Shown here: one piece after another, positions 9,890-19,983 of the stretch | How positions within the stretch are numbered: the stretch's first letter is position 1 | How the letters are laid out: each line of letters begins with the position of its first letter | Origin: Aquiluna sp. | GTDB lineage: Bacteria; Actinomycetota; Actinomycetes; Actinomycetales; Microbacteriaceae | Reading direction: 5' to 3' | Assembly (NCBI GenBank): GCA_023260495.1 | Contig: JALQVB010000001.1 | Location: 1-50,985 of the forward strand | DNA: 50,985 nucleotides | The notes under the pieces: generated by a model | Told to the model about the DNA's origin: nothing | The model's database searches: none | What the model saw: only the letters and a program-made list of their open reading frames with translations | Made by a program: the position numbers and the translations under genes

Positions 9890-9970
9890 GCCAACTCCAA
9901 TCGAGATTGTTAGTCGGGACAACGTTGGCCCACAAAGGGTAAAACCTGCACCGAGTTTATCGGCGCGACA

Positions 9971-10834
9971 CTACTTCTGGGGACTTTTGGCAGGTTCTCT
10001 GCCAGGGATCCAGATTGATGGTTCTGCGCCAGGGTGGCGGCGACCTTGAACCACGAAGATCAGAAGCCCAATTGTAAGGCCAATCAGGGCAGACCAGACG
10101 TTAATTCTTAGCCCAAGCAGTATTTCGCTCGGGTCAATTCGAATGCTTTCAATCCATACTCGGCCAGTTGAGTAAATCGCCAGATAAAGGCCGAATACCC
10201 TGCCCCACTGCAATTTAAGCTTGCTGGCAAGCCAGAGCAAAGCGGCTGCACCAACCAGGTTCCAGATCAGCTCATAGAGGAAGGTTGGGTGGAAGGTTAG
10301 ACCATCGGGAAGACCAACCGGATAGGCCGGGTTGGTGCTCGGAATCTCCAGGCCCCAGGGCAGCTCGGTTGGAAGCCCGAACAGCTCTTTGTTGAAGTAG
10401 TTACCAAGTCGTCCGATGCCCTGAGCAATCAGAATGCCTGGAGCCATCGCATCGGCAACGGTCAAAAAGCGCAGGCCCAGCTTTCTGGTCCCCACGTAGA
10501 CCCCAACGGCGCCAAAAATCAGTGCACCATAGATCGCGAGTCCACCCTCCCAGACCTTGAACACATCGAGCAGATCGGCGCCCTGATAGAAGTAGTCGTC
10601 GGGGTGGGTTACCACGTGGAAGAAGCGGCCGCCGGCGATGCCAAAGGGTACCGCCCAGAGCGCAACGTCAAGCATTACGCCTTTTTCAGCACCCCGCCTA
10701 GCGAGGCGATAGTCAGCCAGGGCCGTGGCAATAACGATGCCGGTAAGAATGAAAAGTGCATAGAAGTGGATTCGTGCAAATCCAAGATCGATGTAAGAAA
10801 TATCTGGAGACGGAATACTCGTCAGAAACTGCAT
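9971..10834 (-). CDS. lgt: Prolipoprotein diacylglyceryl transferase
   Basis: WEGGLAIYG, IGRLGNYFNKELFG, FHPTFLYE; multiple TM segments; follows trpA. Confidence 0.96.
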   Translation of the reverse strand: MQFLTSIPSPDISYIDLGFARIHFYALFILTGIVIATALADYRLARRGAEKGVMLDVALWAVPFGIAGGRFFHVVTHPDDYFYQGADLLDVFKVWEGGLAIYGALIFGAVGVYVGTRKLGLRFLTVADAMAPGILIAQGIGRLGNYFNKELFGLPTELPWGLEIPSTNPAYPVGLPDGLTFHPTFLYELIWNLVGAAALLWLASKLKLQWGRVFGLYLAIYSTGRVWIESIRIDPSEILLGLRINVWSALIGLTIGLLIFVVQGRRHPGAEPSIWIPGREPAKSPQK

Positions 10835-10838
10835 TTCG

Positions 10839-11618
10839 CTATCCTAACCTGCCGGCAAGCTCGCGGGTCTTGGCCACGAGAGCTTCGTGGCCACCCTCCT
10901 GGTAGGCGCGAATCAGCGCCGTGCCCACAATCGCACCGTCAGCGTAGCTATTGACCTCCGCCACCTGCTGACCGTTCGAAACCCCCACGCCAACGCAAGT
11001 TGGTGTGTCAGAAGACTCTCGAATACGGCCGACAACCTCGCGAGCCAAACGGTCGAGCTCGGTGCGCTCGCCGGTGATGCCCATCGTAGAAACGGCGTAG
11101 ACGAAACCCTTGGACTTTTCGCTGTTCGCCGAAACTCGCTCATTGGAACTGCTTGGTGCCACTAGGAAGACCCGATCTAGCCCAAGTCGGTCCGAAATCT
11201 CGAGCCAGTTCCCCGCTTCGTCTGGGATGAGGTCGGGCGTAATCATCCCCTGGGCACCGGCTGCGGCTAAATCGGTGGCAAACTTCTCGGTGCCGTAGCG
11301 AATCACCGGATTCCAGTAGCTCATAACCAATAGTGGAGTGCTTACGCGCCTGCGCACCCCTGCGATTACCTCAAAGAGGTTAGAAAGCCGAAAGCCATTC
11401 TCGAGAGCTTGCTCGGTGGCCTTCTGAATCACTGGACCGTCCATGACTGGGTCGGAGTATGGAACTCCGATTTCCAACACATCGCAGCCATTTTCGGCCA
11501 TTGCAACAAGAGCCTCAATCGAGTCCTGCGTCGTTGGGTAGCCTGCCGGAAAGTAGCCAACCAGAGAGCCTTTGCCGGATGCCTTGTTGCTGCGAAGAGT
11601 GTTTTCGACGCTAATCAT
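10839..11618 (-). CDS. trpA: Tryptophan synthase alpha chain
   Basis: LEIGVPYSDPVMDGPVIQ, MSYWNP, GFVYAVSTMGITG, ADGAIVGTA. Start ATG 11618 (alternatively TTG 11624). Confidence 0.97.
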   Translation of the reverse strand: MISVENTLRSNKASGKGSLVGYFPAGYPTTQDSIEALVAMAENGCDVLEIGVPYSDPVMDGPVIQKATEQALENGFRLSNLFEVIAGVRRRVSTPLLVMSYWNPVIRYGTEKFATDLAAAGAQGMITPDLIPDEAGNWLEISDRLGLDRVFLVAPSSSNERVSANSEKSKGFVYAVSTMGITGERTELDRLAREVVGRIRESSDTPTCVGVGVSNGQQVAEVNSYADGAIVGTALIRAYQEGGHEALVAKTRELAGRLG

Positions 11619-11620
11619 TT

Positions 11621-12820
11621 TCAACCTAGCAATCCAAAGTAACGACCGGCAGTTTCCATGTCCTTGTCACCGCGACCAGAAAGGTTTACCAAGACCGAAG
11701 CGCCCTTGGGGAGTCGGTCCAAAATCAGGGGAAGACCTCCCAGTGCGTGTGCCGTCTCAATTGCGGGAATGATTCCTTCAGTTCGACTAAGCAGGCGCAT
11801 TGCCTCCATGGCCTGGGCGTCTGAGACCCCGACGTAGTTAGCTCGCCCAAGATCCTTTAGCCAGCTGTGCTCCGGGCCAACACCCGGGTAATCAAGTCCG
11901 GCAGAAATCGAGTGCGATTCCATGGTCTGCCCGTCCTCGTCCTGCAACATGTAGCTGCGTGCGCCATGCAAGACCCCCGGTACGCCCTTCGACAGCGTTG
12001 CGGCATGCATCGGGGTCTCAATGCCAGCACCGGCAGCCTCGAAACCGTACAGCTCAACAGAAGGGTCGTCCAAGAAGGCGTGGAAGATTCCAATCGCGTT
12101 AGATCCTCCCCCAACGCAAGCGGCGACGGCATCTGGTAGCGATCCCGTGATCTCCAGCATTTGCTCCCGCGCCTCATTGCCAATCACCGAGTGGAAGTCC
12201 CGCACCATTGTCGGGAAGGGGTGGGGGCCGGCCACCGTGCCGAGTAGGTAGTGCGTGGTCTCGACATTGGCGACCCAGTCGCGCAATGCCTCGTTGATGG
12301 CGTCCTTCAAAGTTCGCGATCCGGTCTTGACGGGGATGACCTCAGCTCCAAGAAGCTTCATGCGCGCCACATTCAGCGCCTGGCGCTCAGTGTCCACCTC
12401 GCCCATGTAGACCACGCAGTCAAGGCCAAAATAGGCGGCTGCCGTGGCCGAAGCAACACCATGCTGTCCAGCACCAGTCTCAGCGATCACGCGCTTCTTA
12501 CCCATTCGCTTGGCTAGCAGCGCCTGGCCCATCACGTTGTTGATCTTGTGGCTGCCGGTGTGGTTTAGATCCTCGCGCTTGAGAAAAATCCTGATGTCGC
12601 CAATTTCCCTGGCGAATCTTTCGGCCTCGGTGATTATCGAGGGTCGACCGGTGTAATTCTTGTGTAGCTCATCAAGCTGCTGCTGGAAGGAAGGGTCCGC
12701 CTTTGCCTCCTGGTACACCTGATCCAGCTGATCCAGTGCGGCGATGAGTGGCTCGGGGACAAAGCGGCCACCAAATTCGCCGAAGTACGGTCCGACCTGG
12801 CTGCGAAGCTGATTTGACAT
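11621..12820 (-). CDS. trpB: Tryptophan synthase beta chain
   Basis: [16 protein letters not shown] (PLP Lys), [41 protein letters not shown]. Confidence 0.98.
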   Translation of the reverse strand: MSNQLRSQVGPYFGEFGGRFVPEPLIAALDQLDQVYQEAKADPSFQQQLDELHKNYTGRPSIITEAERFAREIGDIRIFLKREDLNHTGSHKINNVMGQALLAKRMGKKRVIAETGAGQHGVASATAAAYFGLDCVVYMGEVDTERQALNVARMKLLGAEVIPVKTGSRTLKDAINEALRDWVANVETTHYLLGTVAGPHPFPTMVRDFHSVIGNEAREQMLEITGSLPDAVAACVGGGSNAIGIFHAFLDDPSVELYGFEAAGAGIETPMHAATLSKGVPGVLHGARSYMLQDEDGQTMESHSISAGLDYPGVGPEHSWLKDLGRANYVGVSDAQAMEAMRLLSRTEGIIPAIETAHALGGLPLILDRLPKGASVLVNLSGRGDKDMETAGRYFGLLG

Positions 12821-12829
12821 GGGTAAATC

Positions 12830-13603
12830 CTAAGAGACGGAGATTATCTGTGGAATCAAACTGCGATAGTCGCCGGTGACCAAAGCCTCGCCGACCAGTA
12901 CCACATCCGCCCCGGCATCCCGATAGCGCTGCACATCACCAATTGCCTTCACTGAAGACTCAGCAACGCGAATTGCCTCAGCGGGCAATCTTGAAGCCAT
13001 CGTCTCAAACAGCCCGATGTCGGTCTTGAAGGTCTTCAGATCACGAGTGTTGATACCAATCAGTTTGGCGCTCTGGCCTGCTGCTAGCTCGATTTCGGCC
13101 TCGTTGTGGGTCTCAACCAGCACTTCCAGTCCAATTGCGTGCGCGAAGTCAAATAGTCGCTTGAAGTCTGCCGAATTGAGCTGGGCCAAGATGAGCAGCA
13201 CCATGGAGGCTCCAGCAACTTTTGCTTCAAGAATCTGGTATTCGGTCGAAATGAAATCCTTGCGCAGCGTGGGGATCGTTACGGCTTTACTGACTGCTAC
13301 AAGGTCTTCCAGCGAACCTCGAAAACCAGTTGGCTCGGTTAGCACCGAAATCGCATGAGCACCGGCGGCTTGGTAACCAAGTCCGAGTGCAGCCGGGTCT
13401 GGTATATCGGCCATTTCCCCGCGCGACGGGCTGGCTCGCTTTATCTCGGAAATAAGTTTGATGTGTTCGGCTTTGGCTAAAGACTCATAAGCACTTGGTG
13501 GTAAAACCACTTCGTGCGCAGCGCGCTCCAGCTCAGCTCTTGAAACTAATTTCTCGCGCTCTGCCGCATCTTGCGCGGCTGCCTCGAATAGCTGGGCGAG
13601 CAC
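12830..13603 (-). CDS. trpC: Indole-3-glycerol phosphate synthase
   Basis: ISEIKRASPSRG, ISVLTE, LRKDFI, LVETH, IGINTRDL, AESS, VLVGEAL. Start trimmed to GTG 13603, which overlaps the upstream TAG. Confidence 0.95.
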   Translation of the reverse strand: MLAQLFEAAAQDAAEREKLVSRAELERAAHEVVLPPSAYESLAKAEHIKLISEIKRASPSRGEMADIPDPAALGLGYQAAGAHAISVLTEPTGFRGSLEDLVAVSKAVTIPTLRKDFISTEYQILEAKVAGASMVLLILAQLNSADFKRLFDFAHAIGLEVLVETHNEAEIELAAGQSAKLIGINTRDLKTFKTDIGLFETMASRLPAEAIRVAESSVKAIGDVQRYRDAGADVVLVGEALVTGDYRSLIPQIISVS

Positions 13604-13827
13604 TAGTGCATCTTGTTTTTTGCGCCACCGACGCCGTAGCCGGCCTTCTTGAGCGCATAGCCAACAACTGGACCAAGTGCAGCAAGGGCGGCAGAGGCCC
13701 AAACTAGCGTCGCATTGTCAAACCAGAAGAACAGCGTGCCCAATGTGAAGGCACCGGTGACGATACCTACTGTTGTCCATGCAGCCACTGAGTTGCCGTG
13801 GCCTGGGTCTTCGGATCCGTGAGACAT
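13603..13827 (-). CDS. Small membrane protein, HGxxPAAW/DUF6704-like
   Basis: DPGHGNSVAAWT motif, two TM helices, AAGGAG SD; usual position before trpC in actinobacteria. Confidence 0.85.
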   Translation of the reverse strand: MSHGSEDPGHGNSVAAWTTVGIVTGAFTLGTLFFWFDNATLVWASAALAALGPVVGYALKKAGYGVGGAKNKMH

Positions 13828-13865
13828 GTGTGAAACTCCTTGTTAGCTCCCGCTAAGTTTAGTCG

Positions 13866-14345
13866 CTACTTACCCTGCTGGTCCCAGATAAAGCGCGGGT
13901 CTGCTTCGTCAGTGGGCTGAGAGTCCACAGCCGGTTTAAGTATCTGCTGCTTGACGCTCGCCATGATGAGCACTCCGGCCACGAGCAGACCTAAGACCGC
14001 AAATGCGTAGACGGGCCACAAAACCTCAAAGTCTCCATTGCCTCCGGCAATGCCGGTAGCGCGCTCCTGCAGCTCGATGACCCTGGGCGAGTTGCCTAGG
14101 TCGGAAACCAAAACCAAGACGCTAGTGATGGCGCTTGCTAGGGCAGCGGCGACGAGTAGGGTCCGCCGTCCCCTTCCGTAAAGCGAAACTAGTCCAAGCA
14201 AAATGACGACACCTGGAATCAAGGCTAAGGTTCGATTCGTCTCGGTTCCCGATACCGGCTGCCCTGTGGTAAGCACCCAAGCCGGCAGCAGCATGGACCA
14301 CCAAGCGGCCGCCGCCAAAACGCCGATCAGGGTGAATTTACGCAT
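13866..14345 (-). CDS. Trp biosynthesis-associated membrane protein
   Basis: About four hydrophobic segments, C-terminal DPRFIWDQ resembling the family tail, located just after trpE. Confidence 0.75.
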   Translation of the reverse strand: MRKFTLIGVLAAAAWWSMLLPAWVLTTGQPVSGTETNRTLALIPGVVILLGLVSLYGRGRRTLLVAAALASAITSVLVLVSDLGNSPRVIELQERATGIAGGNGDFEVLWPVYAFAVLGLLVAGVLIMASVKQQILKPAVDSQPTDEADPRFIWDQQGK

Positions 14346-15816
14346 CGAGATCCATCGCGTTTGCCGCTGCGATTGAGCGCAGCACTACAGCCGCCTTGGC
14401 TTGTGTTTCGGCGAATTCGCTTTGCGCCACCGAGTCCAGCACGATGCCTGCCCCAGCCTGCACATAGGCCTTACCATCCCTTATCAAGGCGGTTCTGATG
14501 GCGATGGCCAGATCCGAGTTTCCTTGGAAGTCAAAGTAGCCAACGACTCCACCAAACAGGCCGCGATAGCGATCCTCAAGTTCGTGGATGATTTCTAGGG
14601 CGCGCGGCTTAGGCGCACCGCTGAGAGTGCCTGCTGGGAAGGTAGCAAGCATGGCATCGACTGGACCAGCACCATCTCGAAGCTTTCCCTCAACTGTGGA
14701 GACCAGGTGCATGATGTGACTGAAACGGTGTATCTGCATGAACTCGCTGACCTGCAGCGAGTCCGGTTCACAAACTTTGAGTAGATCATTGCGAGCAAGG
14801 TCGACCAGCATGAGGTGCTCGGACTTTTCTTTCTCGTCATTGATCAGCTCGTTGGCGAGCTCTATGTCGGCGGCAGTGGTGGCGCCGCGTGGTCGGGAGC
14901 CGGCTATTGGGTGAGTCACAGCTGTCTGTTCGGATACCTTTACAAGTGCCTCGGGTGAGGATCCAACGATGGCAAACTCGCCATCCTCGTCTTCCCATCT
15001 TGTGAGATACATATACGGACTAGGGTTCACTGCCCGCAGGGCTCGGTAGACGCTCAGTGCGTTGGCGTTGAGCTCCTGAACAAAGCGTTGCGAAATCACA
15101 ACCTGGAAGACATCGCCTATCCGCACATACTCCTTGGCGGCAGCAACCTTCTCAATAAATTCGCCGGGCTCACTTTCGCTGGCAAACTCAGGCTCTGGCC
15201 AGCTTGGCTTGCTTATGATGGCTGCCGTTGGCTTAGCGATCTCGGCCTCCAGGCGGTCGAGCTCCGCCTCCGCGGCAGCCAGCTTTTGTGGCAGGTCGCC
15301 ACCGTCTACGAACAGCACGCTAACCAAAATCAGCTCACTTTTTTGGTGATCTAGTACCACGAGCGAAGAGAACTGATTGAAGCCGTAAAGCGGAATGTCG
15401 TAACTTGCGCTCTTTTGCTCCGGTAGGGATTCCAACAGCCCAACCAATCCCCAGCTGATGAAGCCAACCAACCCAGAGCTCAATGGGAAATCTATGGGTG
15501 CAGATTGCCAGGCTGCCTGCATTTGGCGAAGCGCGGCTATCGGGTCGGTCGCCAGCTCACCGGCGGGCAGTGCGGCGTGCTCGGAGCGCCAGTAAGCAGT
15601 TTCGTCTGCCATCAGGGAACCGCGAGACCCCACGCCAACAAATGAATAGCGACCCCAGACCCCCTGTTCGGCTGATTCCAAAAGGAACGTTCCGGGTCTA
15701 TCGCCACAAAGCTTTTGGTAAATGCCAAGCGGGGTTTCCGTGCCGCTGAAAAGTCTGCGGACTACCGGAATAACGTTGTAATTCTTTGCCAGCTCAAGCA
15801 GTTCATTGAGTTCCAT
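14338..15816 (-). CDS. trpE: Anthranilate synthase component I
   Basis: FLLESAE, GRYSF, FQVVISQRF, NPSPYMY, GSSPE, PIAGSRPRG, EHLMLVDLARND, PAGTLSGAPK, QAGAGIV. Start ATG 15816 behind GAGGAG. Confidence 0.97.
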   Translation of the reverse strand: MELNELLELAKNYNVIPVVRRLFSGTETPLGIYQKLCGDRPGTFLLESAEQGVWGRYSFVGVGSRGSLMADETAYWRSEHAALPAGELATDPIAALRQMQAAWQSAPIDFPLSSGLVGFISWGLVGLLESLPEQKSASYDIPLYGFNQFSSLVVLDHQKSELILVSVLFVDGGDLPQKLAAAEAELDRLEAEIAKPTAAIISKPSWPEPEFASESEPGEFIEKVAAAKEYVRIGDVFQVVISQRFVQELNANALSVYRALRAVNPSPYMYLTRWEDEDGEFAIVGSSPEALVKVSEQTAVTHPIAGSRPRGATTAADIELANELINDEKEKSEHLMLVDLARNDLLKVCEPDSLQVSEFMQIHRFSHIMHLVSTVEGKLRDGAGPVDAMLATFPAGTLSGAPKPRALEIIHELEDRYRGLFGGVVGYFDFQGNSDLAIAIRTALIRDGKAYVQAGAGIVLDSVAQSEFAETQAKAAVVLRSIAAANAMDLDA

Positions 15817-16135
15817 TTGGCTCCTCAAAGCAGCTTTCGGTGCCGTTATGACAGGTCGGACCCACCGGCTCCACCAGGGCTAGTAGCGCATCGTCGTCAC
15901 AGTCCTGGTAGAGGGCTACGAGATTCAAAAAGTTGCCGCTGGTCTCCCCCTTTAACCAGCGCTGTTGCCGCGACCTTGAGAAAAATACCAATCGACCAAG
16001 CTCTAAGGATTCGCTAAGGCAGCTGTGATTTGAGTAGCCCAACATCAACACCTTGTTCGTGTTGGCATCCTGAACAATCACTGGAACCAGGCCGTTTGCA
16101 TCAAAAGCAACCGTGTTTAGATCTAGCTGCCTCAT
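15803..16135 (-). CDS. hisI: Phosphoribosyl-AMP cyclohydrolase
   Basis: [45 protein letters not shown]. Confidence 0.96.
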   Translation of the reverse strand: MRQLDLNTVAFDANGLVPVIVQDANTNKVLMLGYSNHSCLSESLELGRLVFFSRSRQQRWLKGETSGNFLNLVALYQDCDDDALLALVEPVGPTCHNGTESCFEEPNGTQ

Positions 16136-16887
16136 CTGACCTCCAACCCCGCATCGGCAAGCGCCGCCTTGACCCTGGCAATTGAAATGCTACCTTCGTG
16201 AAAAACACTTGCGGCCAATAGCGCATCTGCACCGGACAGTGCCGCCGCCACGAAGTGCTCGACCTTCCCTGCGCCGCCTGAGGCAATCAGCGGCACGGTT
16301 GAGATTGCTCGAATCTTTTCAATCAGCTCCAGATCGAAGCCGTCCTTGGTGCCGTCGGCGTCTATCGAATTGACCAGCAACTCCCCAGCGCCAAGGTCCT
16401 GAACCTGCTTCACCCAATCCATGGCATCGAGATCGGTGAGCTGGCGGCCACCATTTCTAGTGACGCCAAATCCACTCGGTGTGCCGGAACGCTTCAAATC
16501 GAGGGAGATCACTAGTACCTGCGAGCCGTGCACGGCCGAAATATCAGCCAGCAATTGTGGATTATCAATCCCGGCGGAGCCCACCGATACCTTGTCGGCG
16601 CCAGCAGCTAAGAGTGCATCAACATCGGCTACGGTGCGAATTCCTCCACCAACCGTAAGTGGGATGTATACCTGTTCGGCGCAGCTTGTCACAACCGCCC
16701 GCATGGTCTCACGACCTTCGTTGGTTGCTGTGACGTCGAGAAAGGTTAGTTCGTCGGCACCGTCTTCGTAGTACCGCTTCGCCAGCTCCACGGGGTCACC
16801 GGAGTCGCGCAGGTTTTCAAAGTTGACTCCCTTGACCACACGGCCTGCGGCCACATCAAGACAGGGAATAACGCGCAGTGCTGGCAT
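16132..16887 (-). CDS. hisF: Imidazole glycerol phosphate synthase cyclase subunit
   Basis: [50 protein letters not shown]. Confidence 0.97.
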   Translation of the reverse strand: MPALRVIPCLDVAAGRVVKGVNFENLRDSGDPVELAKRYYEDGADELTFLDVTATNEGRETMRAVVTSCAEQVYIPLTVGGGIRTVADVDALLAAGADKVSVGSAGIDNPQLLADISAVHGSQVLVISLDLKRSGTPSGFGVTRNGGRQLTDLDAMDWVKQVQDLGAGELLVNSIDADGTKDGFDLELIEKIRAISTVPLIASGGAGKVEHFVAAALSGADALLAASVFHEGSISIARVKAALADAGLEVR

Positions 16888-17729
16888 TAGATTCGGGCGG
16901 CGTGAATAGCCGAAACCAGAATTGCTCGGGCGCCAAGATCGTGAAGATCGTCCATCACCTGGTTGGTTTCGGAACTCGGTACCAGCGCCCGGACCGCAAC
17001 CCAGTCTTCATCAGCTAACGGGGAGATAGTTGGTGACTCTATTCCGGGGCTTATCTTGGTCGCAGCCGCCACCAGGTGCTTTGGGCAGTCGTAATCAAAG
17101 ATCACGTACTCCCTGGCAACGATCACGCCCTGAAGCCGGCGAAGGAGCTTGGCAGCCTCTTCTGCCTTCCCTGGAGACACAATTAGCCGAGCAGTAGATT
17201 TCAATATCACTGGCCCAAATACCCGAAGTCCCGCCTTGCGCAGGGTATTGCCGGTCGAGACCACGTCGGCAACCACGTCTGCCACACCCAATCGGATTGC
17301 AGACTCGACGGCGCCATCCAGCGGCACTATGTCGGCAGTTATCCCCTGCTCGCCGAGATAGTCGGCCATCAAATTCGGATATGCAGTGGCAACACGCTTG
17401 CCCTGAATGTCAGCCAGCTCGCTGAAGCTGGAATCTACTGCGGCGGCGAACCTGAAGGTTGAGGCACCAAAGCCCAGATCGGCAAGTTCGGCAGCCTTTG
17501 AGCGCGAATCTCTGAGCAGGTCGAGACCGGTGAGGCCGGCGTCCAGTGAGCCGGAGCCGACATAGGTTGCGATGTCTCTTGGCCTGAGGTAGAAAAACTC
17601 AACCTGGTTTGCCTCGTCAACGAGGTGCAGCTCGGCACTGTCGCGCCTGGTCGCATAGCCAGCCTCGCGCAGCATCGAGATAGCACTATCCGAGAGAATG
17701 CCCTTATTTGGCACTGCAACGCGCAGCAT
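16887..17729 (-). CDS. hisG: ATP phosphoribosyltransferase (long form)
   Basis: [35 protein letters not shown]-terminal regulatory domain [11 protein letters not shown]. Confidence 0.97.
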   Translation of the reverse strand: MLRVAVPNKGILSDSAISMLREAGYATRRDSAELHLVDEANQVEFFYLRPRDIATYVGSGSLDAGLTGLDLLRDSRSKAAELADLGFGASTFRFAAAVDSSFSELADIQGKRVATAYPNLMADYLGEQGITADIVPLDGAVESAIRLGVADVVADVVSTGNTLRKAGLRVFGPVILKSTARLIVSPGKAEEAAKLLRRLQGVIVAREYVIFDYDCPKHLVAAATKISPGIESPTISPLADEDWVAVRALVPSSETNQVMDDLHDLGARAILVSAIHAARI

Positions 17730-17992
17730 CAGAGCACCTCCTGAATCTGCTCGAGCTTGATTCCGCGAGCAAGCAGAATCAACTGCAAGTGATAGATCAG
17801 CTGTGATGCCTCGAGCGCCACCTGCTCATCAGACTCATACTCGGCAGCCATCCAAAGTTCAGCCGCTTCCTCAACAACCTTCTTGCCAATCTCATGCACG
17901 CCAGCATCCAACAGTGCGACGGTATTGGAGCCGTCAGGCCTTGTTGCGGCTCGCTGAGCAAGCTCTTGGTAGAGGGAGTCGAAGGTTTTCAT
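17729..17992 (-). CDS. hisE: Phosphoribosyl-ATP pyrophosphatase
   Basis: [27 protein letters not shown]. Confidence 0.95.
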   Translation of the reverse strand: MKTFDSLYQELAQRAATRPDGSNTVALLDAGVHEIGKKVVEEAAELWMAAEYESDEQVALEASQLIYHLQLILLARGIKLEQIQEVL

Positions 17993-18002
17993 GCTCTATA
18001 GG

Positions 18003-18665
18003 TTAGCGACTTGTAAAACCCATTTCCGCAGCCGCGCGTAACCGGGCAATTTGTTCAGCTCGGTCGGCGTGGCCAAACACCGCTGAACCAGCCACGAAGT
18101 TATCAGCGCCCAGCCGCGCTAACTCTGCGATGTTTAGCTCAGTGACGCCACCGTCGACCTGTAGCGAGATCTGCTTGCCGCTTGCCACAATGGCCTGGTG
18201 CGCTTCGGCAACCTTTGGCAGGGTCTCGGGGATAAGTTTCTGCCCGCCAAAACCCGGCTCCACCGTCATAACCAGGAGCATGTCCACCTCGGCCAGCAAA
18301 TCAAGCACGAGGTTTACATCCGTCTTGGGCTTAATCGCAACCGCCGCTTTGACGCCCGCTGATCTGATTCTGCGCGCGAGCCCCAATGGGTTTTCCGAGG
18401 CCTCGAGGTGAAAAGTCACCGAGTCGACACCCAAATCGGCATACATTGGGCCTTCAGTGTCAACCTTCTCAATCATCAGGTGGATGTCCAAAGGAATCTC
18501 AGAAATTTCATTTAGTCGTTTGACTACCGGAAGTCCGAAAGTGAGATTTGGAACGAAGTGGTTGTCCATCACATCGACATGTGCGCTATCTGAAGTCGCT
18601 ATTGTCTTGAGCTCTTCGGCAAATTTCCCGAAGTCTGCGGAGAGGATGGATGGATGGATTCGCAC
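18003..18665 (-). CDS. rpe: Ribulose-phosphate 3-epimerase
   Basis: PSILSADF, HVDVMDNHFVPNLTFG, DIHLM, MTVEPGFGGQ, QVDGG, VAGSA. Confidence 0.97.
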   Translation of the reverse strand: MRIHPSILSADFGKFAEELKTIATSDSAHVDVMDNHFVPNLTFGLPVVKRLNEISEIPLDIHLMIEKVDTEGPMYADLGVDSVTFHLEASENPLGLARRIRSAGVKAAVAIKPKTDVNLVLDLLAEVDMLLVMTVEPGFGGQKLIPETLPKVAEAHQAIVASGKQISLQVDGGVTELNIAELARLGADNFVAGSAVFGHADRAEQIARLRAAAEMGFTSR

Positions 18666-18669
18666 CTGA

Positions 18670-19983
18670 CTAGCCTAATTTCTTTCTCAGCGCTGCCATG
18701 AACATCGAGTCGGTTCCGTGAACTTGGGTCCAAAGTTGGACCGTCTTTCGTTTGCGGTTCACATCCAACACTGGATTGATTTTCACCAGAACCTCGCCTA
18801 CATCAATCAGTTCGACATCTTTATGGCGCTCCAGTGCAGCCGAAATCTGTCCATTGGTTTCAGTGGTCACCGGCGAGCAGGTCGAGTACAGCACAACTCC
18901 CCCGGGCCGCAGCGAGTCGATAGCAGCATCCAGAAGTTCAGCCTGGGTACGTTGCAAGCCACCCAGTTGCTCCGGAGTCTTCCGCCAGCGAGACTCTGGT
19001 TTGCGCCGAAGCGAACCCAAGCCGGAGCACGGAGCATCCAGCAGCACCGCGTCGTATGACTCAGGTTTCGCTTCCTGCCCAGGGGCCACAACGATCTGAG
19101 CCTTGCTGCTTGGACCGAGGGCGTCTGCCACCAGTTTTGCTCTGGTTGCGTTGGGTTCCATGCAGGTCAAAGTTCCGCTATCCAGTCGGGATTGCAGGAC
19201 TGCAGATTTCCCCCCAGGACCTGAACACATGTCCAGAACATCGGCAGATGCGCCTGCCAGTTCCATGAGCGTCAGGGCGACCAACTGGGACCCTTGATCT
19301 TGCACTCGCACATCTGAGGCTAGATACCGCTCTGGATTGCCATTTAGGAGATAACCGATAGGCGATGCTTCACCAGGCGCCAATCCCTCGTCTTTGAGGC
19401 GACTTTCGGCGGCCGGTGACAGAGCTGCCAGATTCACAACCGGTGTTGCGTTGTTGGCTTGCAGAAGCTCTTCCAGCTGCTGAGCGCGCCCATCCAGCTC
19501 TAGTGCTGACTTCAGAACATGAACGATCCAAATTGGATGAGAGTGCACCAGGGCCAATTTTTCTTGGGTCTCGAGCCCCTGGGTGACTTCAAGCAGCAGC
19601 TGATCTAGACCCTTTCGCTGCGCTTGTCGAAGAACAGCATTTGCCAAGCCGGCAGCCTTGGGCTCTATCTTCTTGACCAGTTCCACACTCTCGTTGATTG
19701 CAGCGTGGGCTGGGACCCGCATTCGAAATAGTTGATGCAGTCCCAGCCTGAGGGCCACACGAACCTTGGGGCTAAGTTGCTTACCATTGGTTATCTCGTC
19801 TATGAACCGGTCATACTGCAGCTGCCACCTCAGTGCCCCGTAGCTGAGCTCTTGAACTAGCCCCCGATCAACGTCGCTAACCTGCTCCTTACGAAGTAGC
19901 GACGGCAGCAGCAGGTTGATGTAGCTGTCCGATTCGATAACTCGTAGCAGTAGCTGATGGGCGATAAGCCGAGGATTAGTCAA
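18670..19983 (-). CDS. rsmB: RsmB/Sun RNA m5C methyltransferase
   Basis: NusB-like N-terminus (HAAINESVEL), VQDQGSQL, DMCSGPGGK, DAPCSGLG, YSTCS; follows fmt. Confidence 0.92.
   Translation of the reverse strand: MTNPRLIAHQLLLRVIESDSYINLLLPSLLRKEQVSDVDRGLVQELSYGALRWQLQYDRFIDEITNGKQLSPKVRVALRLGLHQLFRMRVPAHAAINESVELVKKIEPKAAGLANAVLRQAQRKGLDQLLLEVTQGLETQEKLALVHSHPIWIVHVLKSALELDGRAQQLEELLQANNATPVVNLAALSPAAESRLKDEGLAPGEASPIGYLLNGNPERYLASDVRVQDQGSQLVALTLMELAGASADVLDMCSGPGGKSAVLQSRLDSGTLTCMEPNATRAKLVADALGPSSKAQIVVAPGQEAKPESYDAVLLDAPCSGLGSLRRKPESRWRKTPEQLGGLQRTQAELLDAAIDSLRPGGVVLYSTCSPVTTETNGQISAALERHKDVELIDVGEVLVKINPVLDVNRKRKTVQLWTQVHGTDSMFMAALRKKLG

Noticed and set aside
13604-13702. Cys/Trp/Arg-rich N-terminal extension of trpC resembling a Trp leader peptide
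   Set aside because: It is an alternative frame of the upstream small membrane gene; no tandem Trp codons or attenuator hairpins are present.
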